Shown: positions 14,347-26,714 of the stretch, one piece after another
Layout of the letters: each line of letters opens with the position of its first letter
How positions within the stretch are numbered: the first letter of the stretch is position 1
From: Diplonema japonicum
Taxonomy: Eukaryota; Protista; Euglenozoa: Diplonemea
Length of the DNA stretch: 64,000 nucleotides
NCBI GenBank assembly: GCA_964019335.1
Contig: OZ025663.1
Span: 714,127 to 778,126, forward strand
Reading direction: 5' to 3'
The notes under the pieces: generated by a model
Databases searched by the model: none
Seen by the model: the letters and a program-made list of their open reading frames with translations, nothing else
Told to the model about the DNA's origin: nothing
Translations under genes and position numbers: made by a program

Positions 14347-17064
14347 ATGATCCCTGTTTTTCAGCTATCAGGCCCCCCTGGTGTCGGGAAGAGCTCCGTG
14401 GGACGGTGCCTGGCAGAGGCTGGAGGCGTGTTCTTTAGTGGAGGTGATGTGATTAGAAGCAAGTTTGCTACTGGCGAGAGGCCTGTTTTTGAGATGATGA
14501 ACGATGTGATGAAAGCACTGAAGGAGAAGCTCGGCAGTTGGAAGAGAAGCGGTAAGTCTTTCCTCGTACTGGATACCCGTTCCCCTAACCCTCTCGGGAA
14601 GTACTACGAAGACTCTCTTCTGGCGAAGTTTGGTTTTGAGAACCGTGTTGTGATTGAGTTGGAAGCAGCGCACGCTGTGCTGCTGGAGCGCATGCGTGGT
14701 AGAGGGAGAGAAAAAGACGAAGATAAGGTGCTTAAAAGGCTTGAGGAATATGATGCGCCTTTCGTGAAGCAGGGCAGAGCGGAGTTCCAGAACATGCACC
14801 CGAGCAATGTCGTGTGCATCAATGCCGAAGGCACGTTGGCTGATGTTGTCCAGGCTTGCCGCGAGATTGTAAATAATTACGTACAACACCCACCATACAA
14901 GCTGGTGCACACATCTATGCACACCGTGTGCTCATTTGTCGATGACTTCGAGGAGTACCATGCGGTGCTCTCCCAGCTGCATCGTGCGTTTGGGATCAGC
15001 AGCGCTACGCAAGTGGGTGGCTACCTGCTCAACGACAACGGGCACCTCTCAAACCCCACTGCGCGCCGTGGCGAGCCCCTCATGCCTACAGATGACACCT
15101 ACACGGTGTCAAAGAAGCTTGACGGCACGCGATACCTGATGGTCCTGCACAATAGGGTTTTCTACTTGGTGCCAACGCATACCAACGGGTGCTACAAGCT
15201 TAATGTCGACAAGAGGTTCGAATACAACAACAGCCCCCCTCGTAGCACTCTCGTATGCGACTGTGAGCTTGTGCTCCACAGAGATAGCACGTGGGTGCTG
15301 TACGTATTGGATATCATGGCAGACATGGCACCTCCTAAGAAGCGACTTATCGGGAGGAGCGATGGAATGCCCTTGCTGGAGAGAATGAAACATGCTGGAA
15401 AGTATTTTCCTCTTGAAGGAAGTGTGAAGGCCACGCCCTACTCGGCGGACGTGGTTTGCAAGAACTACTACCCCCTCAAGAAGGTGGTTGCACTACTGAC
15501 GGACTTCCACAAGCAGTCTGACTTGTATCCCACCGATGGCTTGATCCTGACTCCCAAGCGGCATTACATCACGAGGACCGACGGGGGTCTTATCAAGTGG
15601 AAGCCAAAGCAACATCTCACCGTCGACCTGCTCTTGCGCAGGGAGGGAAGTGAGGCCAGGCTTTTTTCTCTGACAAGCAACCCCTTTGGCTATAAGCACT
15701 TTGGTGACATATACTTGAGTACAGCGGAGTTGGAAGAGTACAATGGCCGGATTCTGGAATGCTGCAAGAAGGGTGCAGACTGGACGGTGGTGCGCGTCAG
15801 GCATGATAAGATGTACCCTAACTCCGATGAGATTGCGCAAAAGTTAGTCAGCCCCGAGTACGACATACCAGCGAGCCTGCTAGTGCAACTCCTCCCCGAG
15901 ATACTGGACAAAACAGGTTCGCCAATGGAGTTGACTGGACCGTGTATCGAAGGTGTTGTGTGCAGCATGTGCAAGTCAGATATTGAAAAGGGAACATACA
16001 TTCTGACATCGGAGTCAGCGAACATGTGTAGAGTGTGCGTAGAATCATCCTGCCAAGAACGTATCTTCAAAGGTGAGGAAGCACACGCCGACCCTCTTGC
16101 AGAAGGGCGGGGACAGTACAAGAAGAACTGTGAAAAGGAAAGTGATCGCACTACCTCGCAAGATGCATTCAGAGCGTTCAACAACTGGATAAAGCTTGTC
16201 CTCATCATGCTGTGCAAGGGCCGAGGACACGCTGTGCTGGATCTAGGCTGCGGGAAGGGTGGCGATCTGTGCAAGTATCAATACGAAGGGCACCCTTCAG
16301 TGCTCGTGTGCATTGACAGATGTGAGGAGAGCATACGTGCAGCAGTGCAAAGGTACATAACTCTGCGGTTGCCCATTCGCACACAGCTGTGTGTATCGTC
16401 TATTACGAGCAAAAGCCTTTTGGAGAACATCGACAAGTGCAAGTTGTACACAAGAGGCATTGTTTTCGACATGGTGAGTTGTCAGTTCGCTTTGCACTAC
16501 GCATGGGGTTCAGACAATGCAGCAGAGACACTCATCCGTAACGCAAGCGGCAAGCTAGCTACTGACGGAATGTTCATATGCACTACAGTTGATTTTGATG
16601 CAGTGAAGGCTGGTCTGCAGGCACACCGCGGTACCGCTGCCACTCTGCATTTTGGAAAAGGGGTACTAAATGTGTGTAAGGAGGTCGTCGACAGAGTCCT
16701 CAGTGGTGACGAGGGCACCGGTTTGGAATACACGTTCACGTTGCCCGGGTTCGTCGATGGCTATGAGTACCTTGTGTCCCCGTCTTCCTTGGTCGGCACG
16801 TGTAAGTCACATGGTTTAGAGCTCGTTCCTGAGTACTCTCTGAACTTCATGGACTTCAGAGATATGATAATGAGTAAGCACAGCCACATCGGAGAGGAGG
16901 CACGCACAAAGCAGCGCGTCTCCTTCACTGCCGCAGAGGACAAGCAGCACTTCGAGCTGTCATCGCTGTACAAGGTGTACGTGTTTAAGAACACCTGTGA
17001 GCGCGCCTCGGACTGGGAGCCACCCGAGGCTTACCACGACCTGCGTGATGTTATGCGTCAGTAG
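14347..17064 (+). CDS. mRNA capping enzyme fusion: adenylate-kinase-like P-loop domain + guanylyltransferase/OB + C4 Zn finger + cap guanine-N7 methyltransferase
   Basis: Kinase: GPPGVGKS, SGGDVIR. GTase motifs I KLDG (K257), III CDCELV, IIIa YVLDI, IV DGLILTP, V IKWKP, VI RVRHDK.YPN. Linker CSMC-x18-CRVC. MTase: FNNWIK, VLDLGCGKGGDL, SCQFALHY. Intronless. Confidence 0.9.
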   Translation: MIPVFQLSGPPGVGKSSVGRCLAEAGGVFFSGGDVIRSKFATGERPVFEMMNDVMKALKEKLGSWKRSGKSFLVLDTRSPNPLGKYYEDSLLAKFGFENRVVIELEAAHAVLLERMRGRGREKDEDKVLKRLEEYDAPFVKQGRAEFQNMHPSNVVCINAEGTLADVVQACREIVNNYVQHPPYKLVHTSMHTVCSFVDDFEEYHAVLSQLHRAFGISSATQVGGYLLNDNGHLSNPTARRGEPLMPTDDTYTVSKKLDGTRYLMVLHNRVFYLVPTHTNGCYKLNVDKRFEYNNSPPRSTLVCDCELVLHRDSTWVLYVLDIMADMAPPKKRLIGRSDGMPLLERMKHAGKYFPLEGSVKATPYSADVVCKNYYPLKKVVALLTDFHKQSDLYPTDGLILTPKRHYITRTDGGLIKWKPKQHLTVDLLLRREGSEARLFSLTSNPFGYKHFGDIYLSTAELEEYNGRILECCKKGADWTVVRVRHDKMYPNSDEIAQKLVSPEYDIPASLLVQLLPEILDKTGSPMELTGPCIEGVVCSMCKSDIEKGTYILTSESANMCRVCVESSCQERIFKGEEAHADPLAEGRGQYKKNCEKESDRTTSQDAFRAFNNWIKLVLIMLCKGRGHAVLDLGCGKGGDLCKYQYEGHPSVLVCIDRCEESIRAAVQRYITLRLPIRTQLCVSSITSKSLLENIDKCKLYTRGIVFDMVSCQFALHYAWGSDNAAETLIRNASGKLATDGMFICTTVDFDAVKAGLQAHRGTAATLHFGKGVLNVCKEVVDRVLSGDEGTGLEYTFTLPGFVDGYEYLVSPSSLVGTCKSHGLELVPEYSLNFMDFRDMIMSKHSHIGEEARTKQRVSFTAAEDKQHFELSSLYKVYVFKNTCERASDWEPPEAYHDLRDVMRQ

Positions 17065-17274
17065 TTGCAACGCAACGTTTCTATTTAAAGGTTTTTTAAT
17101 CCTACGTTCCAGTAGCGTTTTCGGAACATACTCTAACTCTCAGTTGTGTTTAATTGCTTCGGTGGCTCTCCTATTTCAACTTAATCTTCTTTACCTCTCT
17201 TTTACTTACTACGGCCCCCACAAGAAACTTGGGAAGCTTCGGGACACAAGGGTCACTGTGTCGCAACTTGTTTC

Positions 17275-19197
17275 ATGAAGTATATTGTCACGTTAACTTG
17301 TCATCCAGGTGTTAATAAAAGAATGTACAGTAGAACAGCAGTCCTGACGAGTATTGTTTTCACAATAACAGGAACCTTGTGTTTATTGCTGGTGATAAAT
17401 GCAGTTGGGGTGTTTCAAAAGGGTTCCAAGTCTAGATCAGTGGAGTGCAGCTACGATGGTTGCACTGCTTGTGCGTCTTCTAGGCGCAGCGCACGCCGCA
17501 GGGCAATAAGGGGAAGGGAGAGGAGGAGTGTGTGTGTTCCGACTGATTTGTATTTGGTGCATGACAGCAGCAGCTGGTCTGTATGGAGAGCCTCCAAAGT
17601 ACTGCACTTGTCTGCTCTCGCCGGTCAGGGCGCTTTCCTTTACCTGACAATTTCTACACGCGGAAGCCCTCCTCCAATAGCTTTTAAGACTGGTGCTCTT
17701 GTTTGTTTTGCTTCCTTGTTGGCATTCGTGTTGCAGATTGGTGTCTACCTTACCACAATGGAGCACGTTGGCTACATAATGGCACCTAGATTTGTTAGCA
17801 TCTTGTACAGTGTGTCCCTTTTGCATGTTCTGTACCTCGTGGGGTGTGGTGTGTTTACATTGTGGGAGCCCTTCGCCAAGCTGTACGATGGGCATCGATA
17901 CAGAAAGCACAACGTTGCCCCTTCTGCCACGTCGTGTCTTGGTGCTTGGGTTCTATTAGCGGGAGTAGGCGTGTTCGTTTTGATGCTGATGCCTGTACAT
18001 GAGCCACAGGATGACACAAGCATCGGGGACCTGCTGAGGTCAAGCAGGCATCTTGATCATATCGTCGTGACATGCATCGAGGGACCCGTGGCAACCAAGA
18101 CATTGCGGGTCGCTGTGCTGCTGAAACATTTCGGTGATGCTGCTGCAGCAGCAGGTTTTCTTGCGGGAAGCAAGTGCACACCTGTCTCTGAACTGCAGAG
18201 AATCATCCAGAAGTTGACGCTTACCACAGCTCCGTCGGGGGGTGAGCTAGAGAGTCTTACCCGACAGTACCCACTTGAGCTTTACCCTGACTCCCTGGAG
18301 ATGCATATTATGTATAGCAGGCACCTTCTTAGTGAAGGACGGATCGAAGAGTCAAAAGCACTCCTGAGCATGAAGGGCAACAGGGAGCATCCTGGTGTCG
18401 TGTACACCTTAGCTCTTGCGTCTTTGCACAGCAACATTGAGAATAGTGAGACAGAAGCCGAGAGTCTGAGAGAGTATTCTGACTGGTGTATGCCGATGAT
18501 TGTGTTTAGCAAGCTTTTGATTGGCACCGGAAGGTCTTATGGTGTGTGGTCTAGCAGAGAGGTTCTGAGGCAGAGCTGTCGTAGGTACTGCAGCCTTGAT
18601 GCTGGCAGGGAATGCCGAGCACTGAGCGAGATGGATGTCACCATTGACTATGCGGCCATACAGTTGGGATACGAGCCTGCTTTTAAGGAAAGAAACAACA
18701 TTACTTTTTGCCATGCAGTCCTTCATGCTCCCCTCTTCGTCGTAGAATCTGTGCCACTGCCTGCAGTGTGTGAGGGGGCGTCCCAAAGGCTGCCTTATGA
18801 AGAGATACGAGCCTGGGCTGCGGTGTGCAACACAAGTTCTTTGACCACATTGTGCTCGGAGCACATCAGATCAGAAGCCACAACTCCACAGGTTATACCA
18901 CGCAGCTTGCCCACCTTCAGGGAGTACTGCGCCGCTATGGTATGTTACACATCTTGTTCATTCGCACAGCTCTTGTCCTGTGATGAAGCTCTGCTTGCAC
19001 TACCCCTTCTTGAACAAGCACTTGGCATGAATCCTCGCAAGACGGGCCTTCTGATAGCTGCAGGGAAGGCAAATTTAATGCTTCGCAGGACTGGGATCTC
19101 AGATCTGTGGTACAGCCAGGTAGCACTGCAGATTCGAGAAGGCCCCACGGCCCTGAAGACCAAAGTCAGGTCACTGCTACCCTACAAAGCAAGGTAA
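17275..19197 (+). CDS. Hypothetical multi-pass membrane protein with C-terminal helical (TPR-like) region
   Basis: About five hydrophobic segments in the first 240 aa; later helical-repeat-like motifs (ALPLLEQALGMNPRK). Start may be ATG 17323. Confidence 0.55.
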   Translation: MKYIVTLTCHPGVNKRMYSRTAVLTSIVFTITGTLCLLLVINAVGVFQKGSKSRSVECSYDGCTACASSRRSARRRAIRGRERRSVCVPTDLYLVHDSSSWSVWRASKVLHLSALAGQGAFLYLTISTRGSPPPIAFKTGALVCFASLLAFVLQIGVYLTTMEHVGYIMAPRFVSILYSVSLLHVLYLVGCGVFTLWEPFAKLYDGHRYRKHNVAPSATSCLGAWVLLAGVGVFVLMLMPVHEPQDDTSIGDLLRSSRHLDHIVVTCIEGPVATKTLRVAVLLKHFGDAAAAAGFLAGSKCTPVSELQRIIQKLTLTTAPSGGELESLTRQYPLELYPDSLEMHIMYSRHLLSEGRIEESKALLSMKGNREHPGVVYTLALASLHSNIENSETEAESLREYSDWCMPMIVFSKLLIGTGRSYGVWSSREVLRQSCRRYCSLDAGRECRALSEMDVTIDYAAIQLGYEPAFKERNNITFCHAVLHAPLFVVESVPLPAVCEGASQRLPYEEIRAWAAVCNTSSLTTLCSEHIRSEATTPQVIPRSLPTFREYCAAMVCYTSCSFAQLLSCDEALLALPLLEQALGMNPRKTGLLIAAGKANLMLRRTGISDLWYSQVALQIREGPTALKTKVRSLLPYKAR

Positions 19198-19304
19198 CAC
19201 TACAGTCTATCCCTATTTATGTAGGGTGCCAGTATTCACTTTTCTTCGAAATTCCTATCCAGTGTTTTGCATTCCCCACAACACCCACAACTATCACAGG
19301 TGAG

Positions 19305-20960
19305 ATGAGACTTCAAAAGAGAGCAGTCTCACAGGCGGTGCGGAGGAAGGAGGGCGTGCAAGAGTTTTATTACCCGAAAGAATGGTTTGCTCAGAAGGAG
19401 AGCACTCAGATGACGATGTACCGGGGAACGGAAGAGTGGAAGGAGAAGGCACAACAGCCGTTGGGGAGCGAGCTGAGCATGGATGAAAGACGGAATATGT
19501 TTTGGCGGATGGAAAAGGCAATGACCGATGTTGAGGAGTATAAGAAAGGTGTTGGGATGTTTTTTCTACCATTCCTGGACTGGAGCATCAAGGATGGGTG
19601 TAAGCCTTTCTTGTCACCCGCACACGCGCACAAGCTGTACTCAAACATTCACCAAAGGCATGTTGACGAGCTTGTGAGGTTCACAGCAGGATCCCCCGAG
19701 GAAGCAGCACCCCTCGATGCGCTCATCAGCACCACCTCGTTCGACGCCACTCAGGCATCGATCCACTTCCATGCGTGCATGCATTGGAATATGCTGTTCT
19801 TTTGGAAGTCTATTGTGCCCTTCGGGTCTGTCGACGTCCCCGTTCGCACCAGACAGGCTATCTGGAAGTACTTCAACGACGATGGCCTCAAGCAGCTTGA
19901 GAAAGAGTTTATCTCCGCAGGCATGGACATGGTGGGCAACGGCTTCGTCTGGCTGGTCTGGAACCCCGCGCTGCAGGTGCTCCAGGTCCGGACCACAGAA
20001 AGACACCAATGCCCAAAGGTCTTAGACCTGTACCCATTGCTCTGCTGCAATGTTTGGGACAATGCCATCACGCCAGGTTATGAGCTCAATAAGCTGGAAT
20101 ACTTGCGTCGATTCTGGTTGTGCGTTGACTGGACATGGGTGGATAAGTGCTATGGGTGGCTTTCTACCGAAATACAAGTCTGTTAAATTAGAAAACAAAA
20201 TGTAAAACCAAAATAGGAACTCTCGATCGATGTGCTCGGACAGAGCTCGCCAAAGGAAGTGCACCTGTTCCCAGTCATGCCTAGCTTCAGGGATGAGAGG
20301 TTCATGAAGAACTACGCAAGAGGTTCAAGGGAGGAGCCTTTAGATGGAGTATGCTTGAGCTTCAATAGAAAATGTATTGCCACAGGTGACTAACGAATGG
20401 TCCAACTGGAAGAAGCAAAGAAGTCTTGAGGATCCTGTGGTGTACGGGCCTGGCATGCGGATGGCCAACGAGCAGGACCAGGAGACTGAGTTTTTGTGGA
20501 AAGCTTCGCAGAACTACCATATTCTTTCTGTGCACGCTGGTTTCACAAGCCCGTACCCTTTCCACTACCCCACGTGGGACCAGACTTCGAGGTGGCTTGG
20601 ACAGATGGGCGCAAAGGTATTCCGAGTTAAATATGTGCTTAATTAACTTAATGACAGGCCGAGCTCAGAAGGTCAGCTGTTCACCCACCCAATTCAGGCA
20701 TTATGTGGCCCGAGGAGCCTGGGACAAATTTGCTCTCTGTTGATGTATGAAACTATACACCCACCCACACCGCACAGCCGGAAGAAGACGACGAAATCGA
20801 AGAGTTTGGAGAGGACAGCCCTATGCCTTGGAAGGAGATGCGAGAAAAGTGGTTCCATTCCAATACTCATGAAAAGGAATTTGATTTCTGGAAGAAGCGA
20901 AAGAACCGTGACTGGGACAAGCAGGGCCTGTACTATGGTAGTGTGATGAAGTCCGGTTAG
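19305..20960 (+). CDS. Fe/Mn-SOD-fold protein lacking metal ligands; probable mitoribosomal mS42/mS43-like subunit
   Basis: Arg-rich presequence MRLQKRAVSQAVRRK; SOD-like WNMLFFWKSI, GNGFVWLVW, PLLCCNVWDNA, YLRRFWLCVDW. Introns 20178-20216, 20349-20385, 20617-20657 and 20745-20777 extend the frame to TAG 20958-20960. Confidence 0.7.
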
Positions 20961-21035
20961 ACATCAGAAGTGTAGTGTTAACTTTGCGGATGTAGCTATT
21001 TTTTGAGTAGGTTTACACAAGCAAGCCACACAGAG

Positions 21036-23900
21036 ATGAGGGAGGGAAAGGTGCTATATGATTTCGAAGCAAAGGAAGGAGGACAGCTTTCTGTGGCGGC
21101 AGAGGACCTGGTGAAAGTATTAAAGCCTGATGGGCAATGGACATTTGTTAAACGGTACAGTGATGAGCTGGAGGGGTGGATACCTAGTAGTTACCTGAAG
21201 ATACTTGTAAGTTCGCAACCTCCCCCCCCTCCCCCACCACCCTCGCAGAGATTTGTGAAGGGGCCTTCTCGCCATCCACAGCCACGCTTTAGTGGGCCGA
21301 ATGAAGATGCTATTGCACAGCAGACGAGCCCAATTAAGATGAGCATGCCGAAGCCGGAATCAGTCCAAATTACGAAAGAAGTGGAAGATATATGGAATGC
21401 GACACTTCTTGAGGCACAGTATCAAGTGGCAGCTGAAGGATTTATCGAGCTTCTCCATGAGAGAAGGTATGGATACGCTCACTGTTCTATTCCCACAGCT
21501 TATTAGACTACAAGAAGGCCCAACACACACCTGTTGTCCAGAACGATCGTCGGTATCAACGGTTGAGTGAGTTGTCAAAGAAGGCAGGGCAGGACCTCGT
21601 CCAGAAGTCATACGAACAGTTCCGTGCGGAACGGGGTTATCAGTTATCTGATGATTATGTTATTAGTGATAGTTGCCAACGTCAAGTCTCTTAGGTGGAT
21701 ATGCCGATTTTGCTCCAACGACCGGACAGTGCCAAGAGACGTGCAGCTGAGTGTAGAAAAGGACTGAAAGAGTCGTTACAAGAACTTCGTGCGGAGCTTG
21801 GGGCGCTTGAAAAGCAATCTATCGTTGCACAGCAGAGAGTATCTTCAGCTACCGCCACAAGAGAGCGCGATGTCCTTCTCAGTGCCAGACCGAGCACGGC
21901 CTCTGCACCATCGGCATCGGGCTGGGTGACACCCTCCAATGTGAGTAAGAGAAACAGTCTTCCGAAGCTCAAGGAAGGTGACACCTCACCGTCTCCATCC
22001 CCAGCACCGTCACCCATGAGCGAACGGCAAGAAACACCAGACTCTCCTCAGAAGCCCCCTTTGCCGATTGAGAAGCCTGACTCCGACTTCGAGACGAATG
22101 CCATTTTGCACACGCAGATCAGCGAGCCTCTTAATACTTGCTTCGACAATGTCAAGCAGCTCTTGCGTCAGGTTGCCGACCTCGAAACTGGCGTTCGGGT
22201 GGAGTTCAGCAATTGTTCTATAGCACTTCCCACGTTTCGTAAGGAATTCGAGTGGCTTCTTCCAACCACAAGCTTCAGCACCCCTAAGCTCGTGAGGGAA
22301 GCCGAACTGTGCCTCACAAGGGAGATGGTTTGGGACCTGCAGAGCTGCATCCCAGAAGCGCTAATGACGGAGACGATATGTGCCTCAATGTGTAAGAACA
22401 TCCAATCGGTCAGCACAAGCCAAGGGAAGGGGGAACTGAGAAGGAACAGGTTGATACATGCTCTAAGCTCTTTTAAGGAAATGATGCACACCATCGACCT
22501 GAACGGTCACAGAAGGCACTCGAGGGGTAAGGTCACTGGCAAGGTGTTAAGCCCTCCTGAGTTAGATGTGCTTCTCTTGGAGCTCAACGACTTGCTCTCT
22601 GCGAACCCCTTGACAGCAATGAGATCTGATCTCAATAGAAGTAACATAAAGGTGAAGGCAGGTAATTCTGCAGCAGCTAAGTTAGATCGAAAGAAAACGA
22701 GGCATTTTGAGAGAGGCGAAATGAGCAAAGGAGAGACGTGCATTGTGGATCTGGTGTCGGCTCTTGAGGGCGTAGTAGAAGTGCTCTTGCACAGGATAGA
22801 AGATGTCATCAAGCTGGCACACACCGAGTTATCCTTGTTCGGGCCTTCGCTGGACGAATGGAACGAGAAGGCTCAAAGTCACGTGAAGCGCTACCTGACC
22901 TACCACATCGAGGTCATTGAGAGGTGCTCTCGTGACTGCTCGAAGTTGAAAAAGTTCATCAAATCACAAGAAGAAAAGAAGAGCGAGGTTGAAACGAAGC
23001 TAGACAAGGAACTAGCTGGCATTGCAGTGGAATTAACGAACAACAATACAGAAATCGATGATACTATGGCAATGCTACAGTCGCAGGCCGATAAGCTTTG
23101 CGACCTTGTATTAGCACGCAAGGATCTCTGTGCACAATTCACCGACCGCACAGAGAGCACGAAGCAGCAGGTTGCTTACTTAAGTAAAACTCTGCAGACT
23201 GCTAAGAAGCACATGACTGTATGTGTAGCGGCTTACTTTTACTTTCTATTTCAGGCGCTCCAAGACGTGAAGAGCCACAGCATTGTGTGTGCCAAGTTAG
23301 GAGAGACGGCCATGACAACTATGCAGAAGGGGTATGTTCTTGTATATTATTAGCGCATCTCCAAGATACGAAATCGGAGTGGCAGGTTACCGCCACTTCT
23401 TGAGTGTGTCAGATGCTGCTGAGAAAGAAGACAGGCAGATGGTGGCAAAGGCTGCTGGGATGCAAGCGTCTAATCTTGGAGAGCTGTTGAGCAGAAAAGA
23501 GAACCACATCCAGGAGATAACAACAGAGGTGTGGCAGAAGGTAAGCACTATTCTTTTCTAGATTGAGCGACTCAATTTTACAACGCTAGCATCATCATCG
23601 ACATTGTCGCAAGGGGAGAATACTGAACTGCGCATGGTATGCCCTGCACGCACGCACCTCACACAGCGCTCGCTCGACAACGAACGTAAGGACTTGCAGG
23701 AGGAATGTCTGATATACATGAGCAAGGCAGCAGCCTTGCAAAGCAAATCAGATCAGAGTGATGTTGTTTTGAAAGAGAAGTTCAGCTGCCATGTAAGCCC
23801 TTGGGAGGCATTCTCGAAGAAGCGGTTTGAGATGCAGCAGGAACTAATCAACGTGCAAAAGAGTCACCTATCGAAGGTTGAGTTCTTGTCACAGGCCTGA
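21036..23900 (+). CDS. SH3-domain + paraflagellar rod (PFR) domain protein (PFR5/PFR6-like architecture)
   Basis: SH3 VLYDFEA...EGWIPSSYL and a polyproline tract. C-terminal LGELLSRKENHIQEI...HVSPWE resembles PFR LGQLVYKKEKRLEEI...FVHPAE. Six short introns, e.g. 21467-21498 and 21659-21694. Confidence 0.7.
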
Positions 23901-23993
23901 GGCATTTACATGCTGGCGCCACACGGAAGCCCACAATTTCTTTTTTCTCTCGTTGATATACTACAGTACACTTGCAACACAACACAGGTGCCA

Positions 23994-26183
23994 ATGTCCC
24001 GCGAGGAGAAAGACAGGAGGCGGCGTGGGAATGATGACCGTAGGCATCACGATGATAGAGGCTTTAACCGATACAGGGGCAGACACAGAGATGGTGATCG
24101 AGAATTGGAACGGGAAAAAGAAAGAGAAAAGGAAAAGGAAAGGGACACCGAACGGGATCGGGAAGACCGCGATAGGAGGCGAAGGAGAAGACGCAGCCAC
24201 AGCAACTCAGAAGAGAGAAAACGGGGGGATAGAAAGCAGTTCGATAAGCCTAGTTCGGTACTGAATGATGACAAGAAGGGGGGCTTCAAGCCTGCTCCAT
24301 GGATGAGCTCGTCGGGGCCGCGTCCAGGTGAGAACGTAGAGGCAGCACCGATCAACGAACAAGTTCGTCCTGAGATTTTATTATGCAAAATGAAATGGGA
24401 CGACCCGGTGGCAATGGACAAGCGTGTGGGCGGTCTTGTGCCGCTTACTACAGATAGGTCGCTCAATCAGAGATTCGCAGAGAGGCACGAAGAAGTGAAA
24501 GAAGAAGCCTCAGTGAAGCAGCAGCTAACACATCTCTCGCAACTCCAGCAGCTGGGAGTGCCTGTGGGCCTCCTCTTCCCAACTCTTCCCTCGCTGTGTC
24601 AAGAGCATAGTGTCACTCTCAATGAGTACATTGAAGAAGAAGAAGACAACTACACACCACCCGAGAAAGAAGGGGGCAACAAGGGTGGCAAGGGCCGCCG
24701 CAGCAAGGAGGACAGGGAACTTGAGGCTAAGCTCGAAAACCACTGGCCAGAGCTTCCAACGTGGATGTGGAATAAGCAATGCTCACAGACATACGTTGGG
24801 AACCAACCCTGCCAGGTGCTTCTCCTCTCCTTTGTGCCGGCAGACCAAAACATTGATGAAAGTCTACGGGCACATTTCTGCAAATACGGAACAGTTGAAC
24901 AGGTATGCCTATGGCGTAACGTCGGCCATCACGACAACAGGTCATTTCACGCGTCAACTACCGTGAAGCCCCGCGATTCGTGAAGAACGGTCTCGCACTT
25001 ATCGAAATGGGTTCCGTCACTCACGCCATCTCTGTATGCCCATTTGTGTGCACATAGCTATAACCACAGGCCTACTCTAGCCCTGACCCTGTTTGCGGAA
25101 ACAGATTTATTAAGATCTTTTACGCGCCGGATGATGTAAGAAAGAAGGTGGAGAAGATACGGATAGACAAGATGATGCAGGTATACCTCACAACCACTAT
25201 GACACTTTCGTAGGACCGAAGGGAGCGACAAGAACGGATGAAAGAGCGAGAGGTCAAGGTGCAAGAGGCACAGCAGCGATTGGTCGCTGCGAAAAAGAAG
25301 GTATGATCCTATGCTGAGGTGACTCGTACAGATGACGCAACTGGAGGAGCAAAACAAGCAGCTGCGTGGGAGGATGGAAAGTGTCGAGGGAGATGAGAGA
25401 AAAATGGTATGAAGAAGTCAGTACTTGTGGAGCACCACTGCAGATCGAGCACGGACTGAAGGAGGTGGCTGCAGCGCTGAAAGGAGCAATGGGGGAGGTA
25501 CTAGAGGCCATGGAGATGGTGAAGTCGCTGTCTGATGCTGAAAAGGCAAAGCCTGCATGGCAGCAGAGGTGGCAGCCAAACCACCTGTCGAACTTCTCTA
25601 TCGATACGAGGACATGGTATGCCTGTTGCCATTTTGTAACCTCCTTTGCAGTGTGTTCAGGCTGCCTAACTTGCCAGCGATGTGGTTGAAATCTCCGGCA
25701 AAGTTGCGTCGCGCGATGGAGAGGTATGGGGAAGTGCTGGGGTGCAGCATTGGCGGAACACAAGGTATGCAAACCAATACGGCCTTTTACCTTACCACCA
25801 GGGTATGTGAGATTCAAGAGGCGGTACGAAGCAGAGCGGGCTGTAAGGGCGCTAGAAGAATCGAAACACAAGCCTGTGTGGCTTGAGAAAGAGACATGGG
25901 AAGAGGAGTGGCCACAGGTATCTATCTATCTTGTCATTCATCCATTCCAAAAGGACAACGAGATCGTAGAAGAGGACGAGCCCGTTAAGCCTGAAGTAGT
26001 CCCTGTGGTGGCATCTATCAACCCTGACGACGACGAAGCGCTAGTCGAAGCAGAGCTCGGGTATGCTGTTTGTGGTGGTCCTATCAACACAGACTGCGCA
26101 ACGAGGAAATGATCCCAATCGCCAAAGGTGACGAAGAAGGGGGGGAAGTGGTCGATGAAACAAGTGCAACAATGCAGGAGTGA
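23994..26183 (+). CDS. RBM26/RBM27-like RNA-binding protein (RE/RS-rich N-terminus, two RRMs, coiled coil)
   Basis: After splicing nine short introns: LRAHFCKYG...PVCGNRFIKIFY (cf. RBM26 VLNNRFIKVYW) and a second RRM YVRFKRRYEAERA; TGA 26181-26183. Confidence 0.7.
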
Positions 26184-26714
26184 AGTGTACTCATTGTGGG
26201 GAACGAGGTCAGAGGTGGTTTATTTCATATTTGTCATTTTTTTTTTGAATCGTTTCCCATGTAAGACAGAATCTATTATTAGCCGTCGTTGTCGTTTTTT
26301 TTTTAAAAAGAACACGGACTTAGCAATACCCACACCTTCCCCGAGCTCGCACGAGAAGAGAGCTAGAAAGCCCAGCCGGTCTTTTAACTTTCATAATTTG
26401 GTTAAGTCCCCTCCCTCCCTTCCCCTGAGTCAAGAACAACGCAGCTTCAACCATGGTTTTAATTAAAAGGAAGATAATTGTAGTTTACTAGCAAAAGCAA
26501 AATACAAGAAAAAGGTGAACAAAGTGCGACTGTTTTTTTGTTTCCCTTTGTCATACATGTCTAGAGATAGTGGTTAAGCCATCTAGGGGAAGCAGGAGAA
26601 GTACAGGTGGGTATTTTCCTGGGGGCTTTGACCCGGGTTTTTTTCATGTATGATTTTATATTTTTTTTCACAATGCAAACTTCGTGATTTTCTTGTAAAG
26701 ATGTTGAGCGAAAG

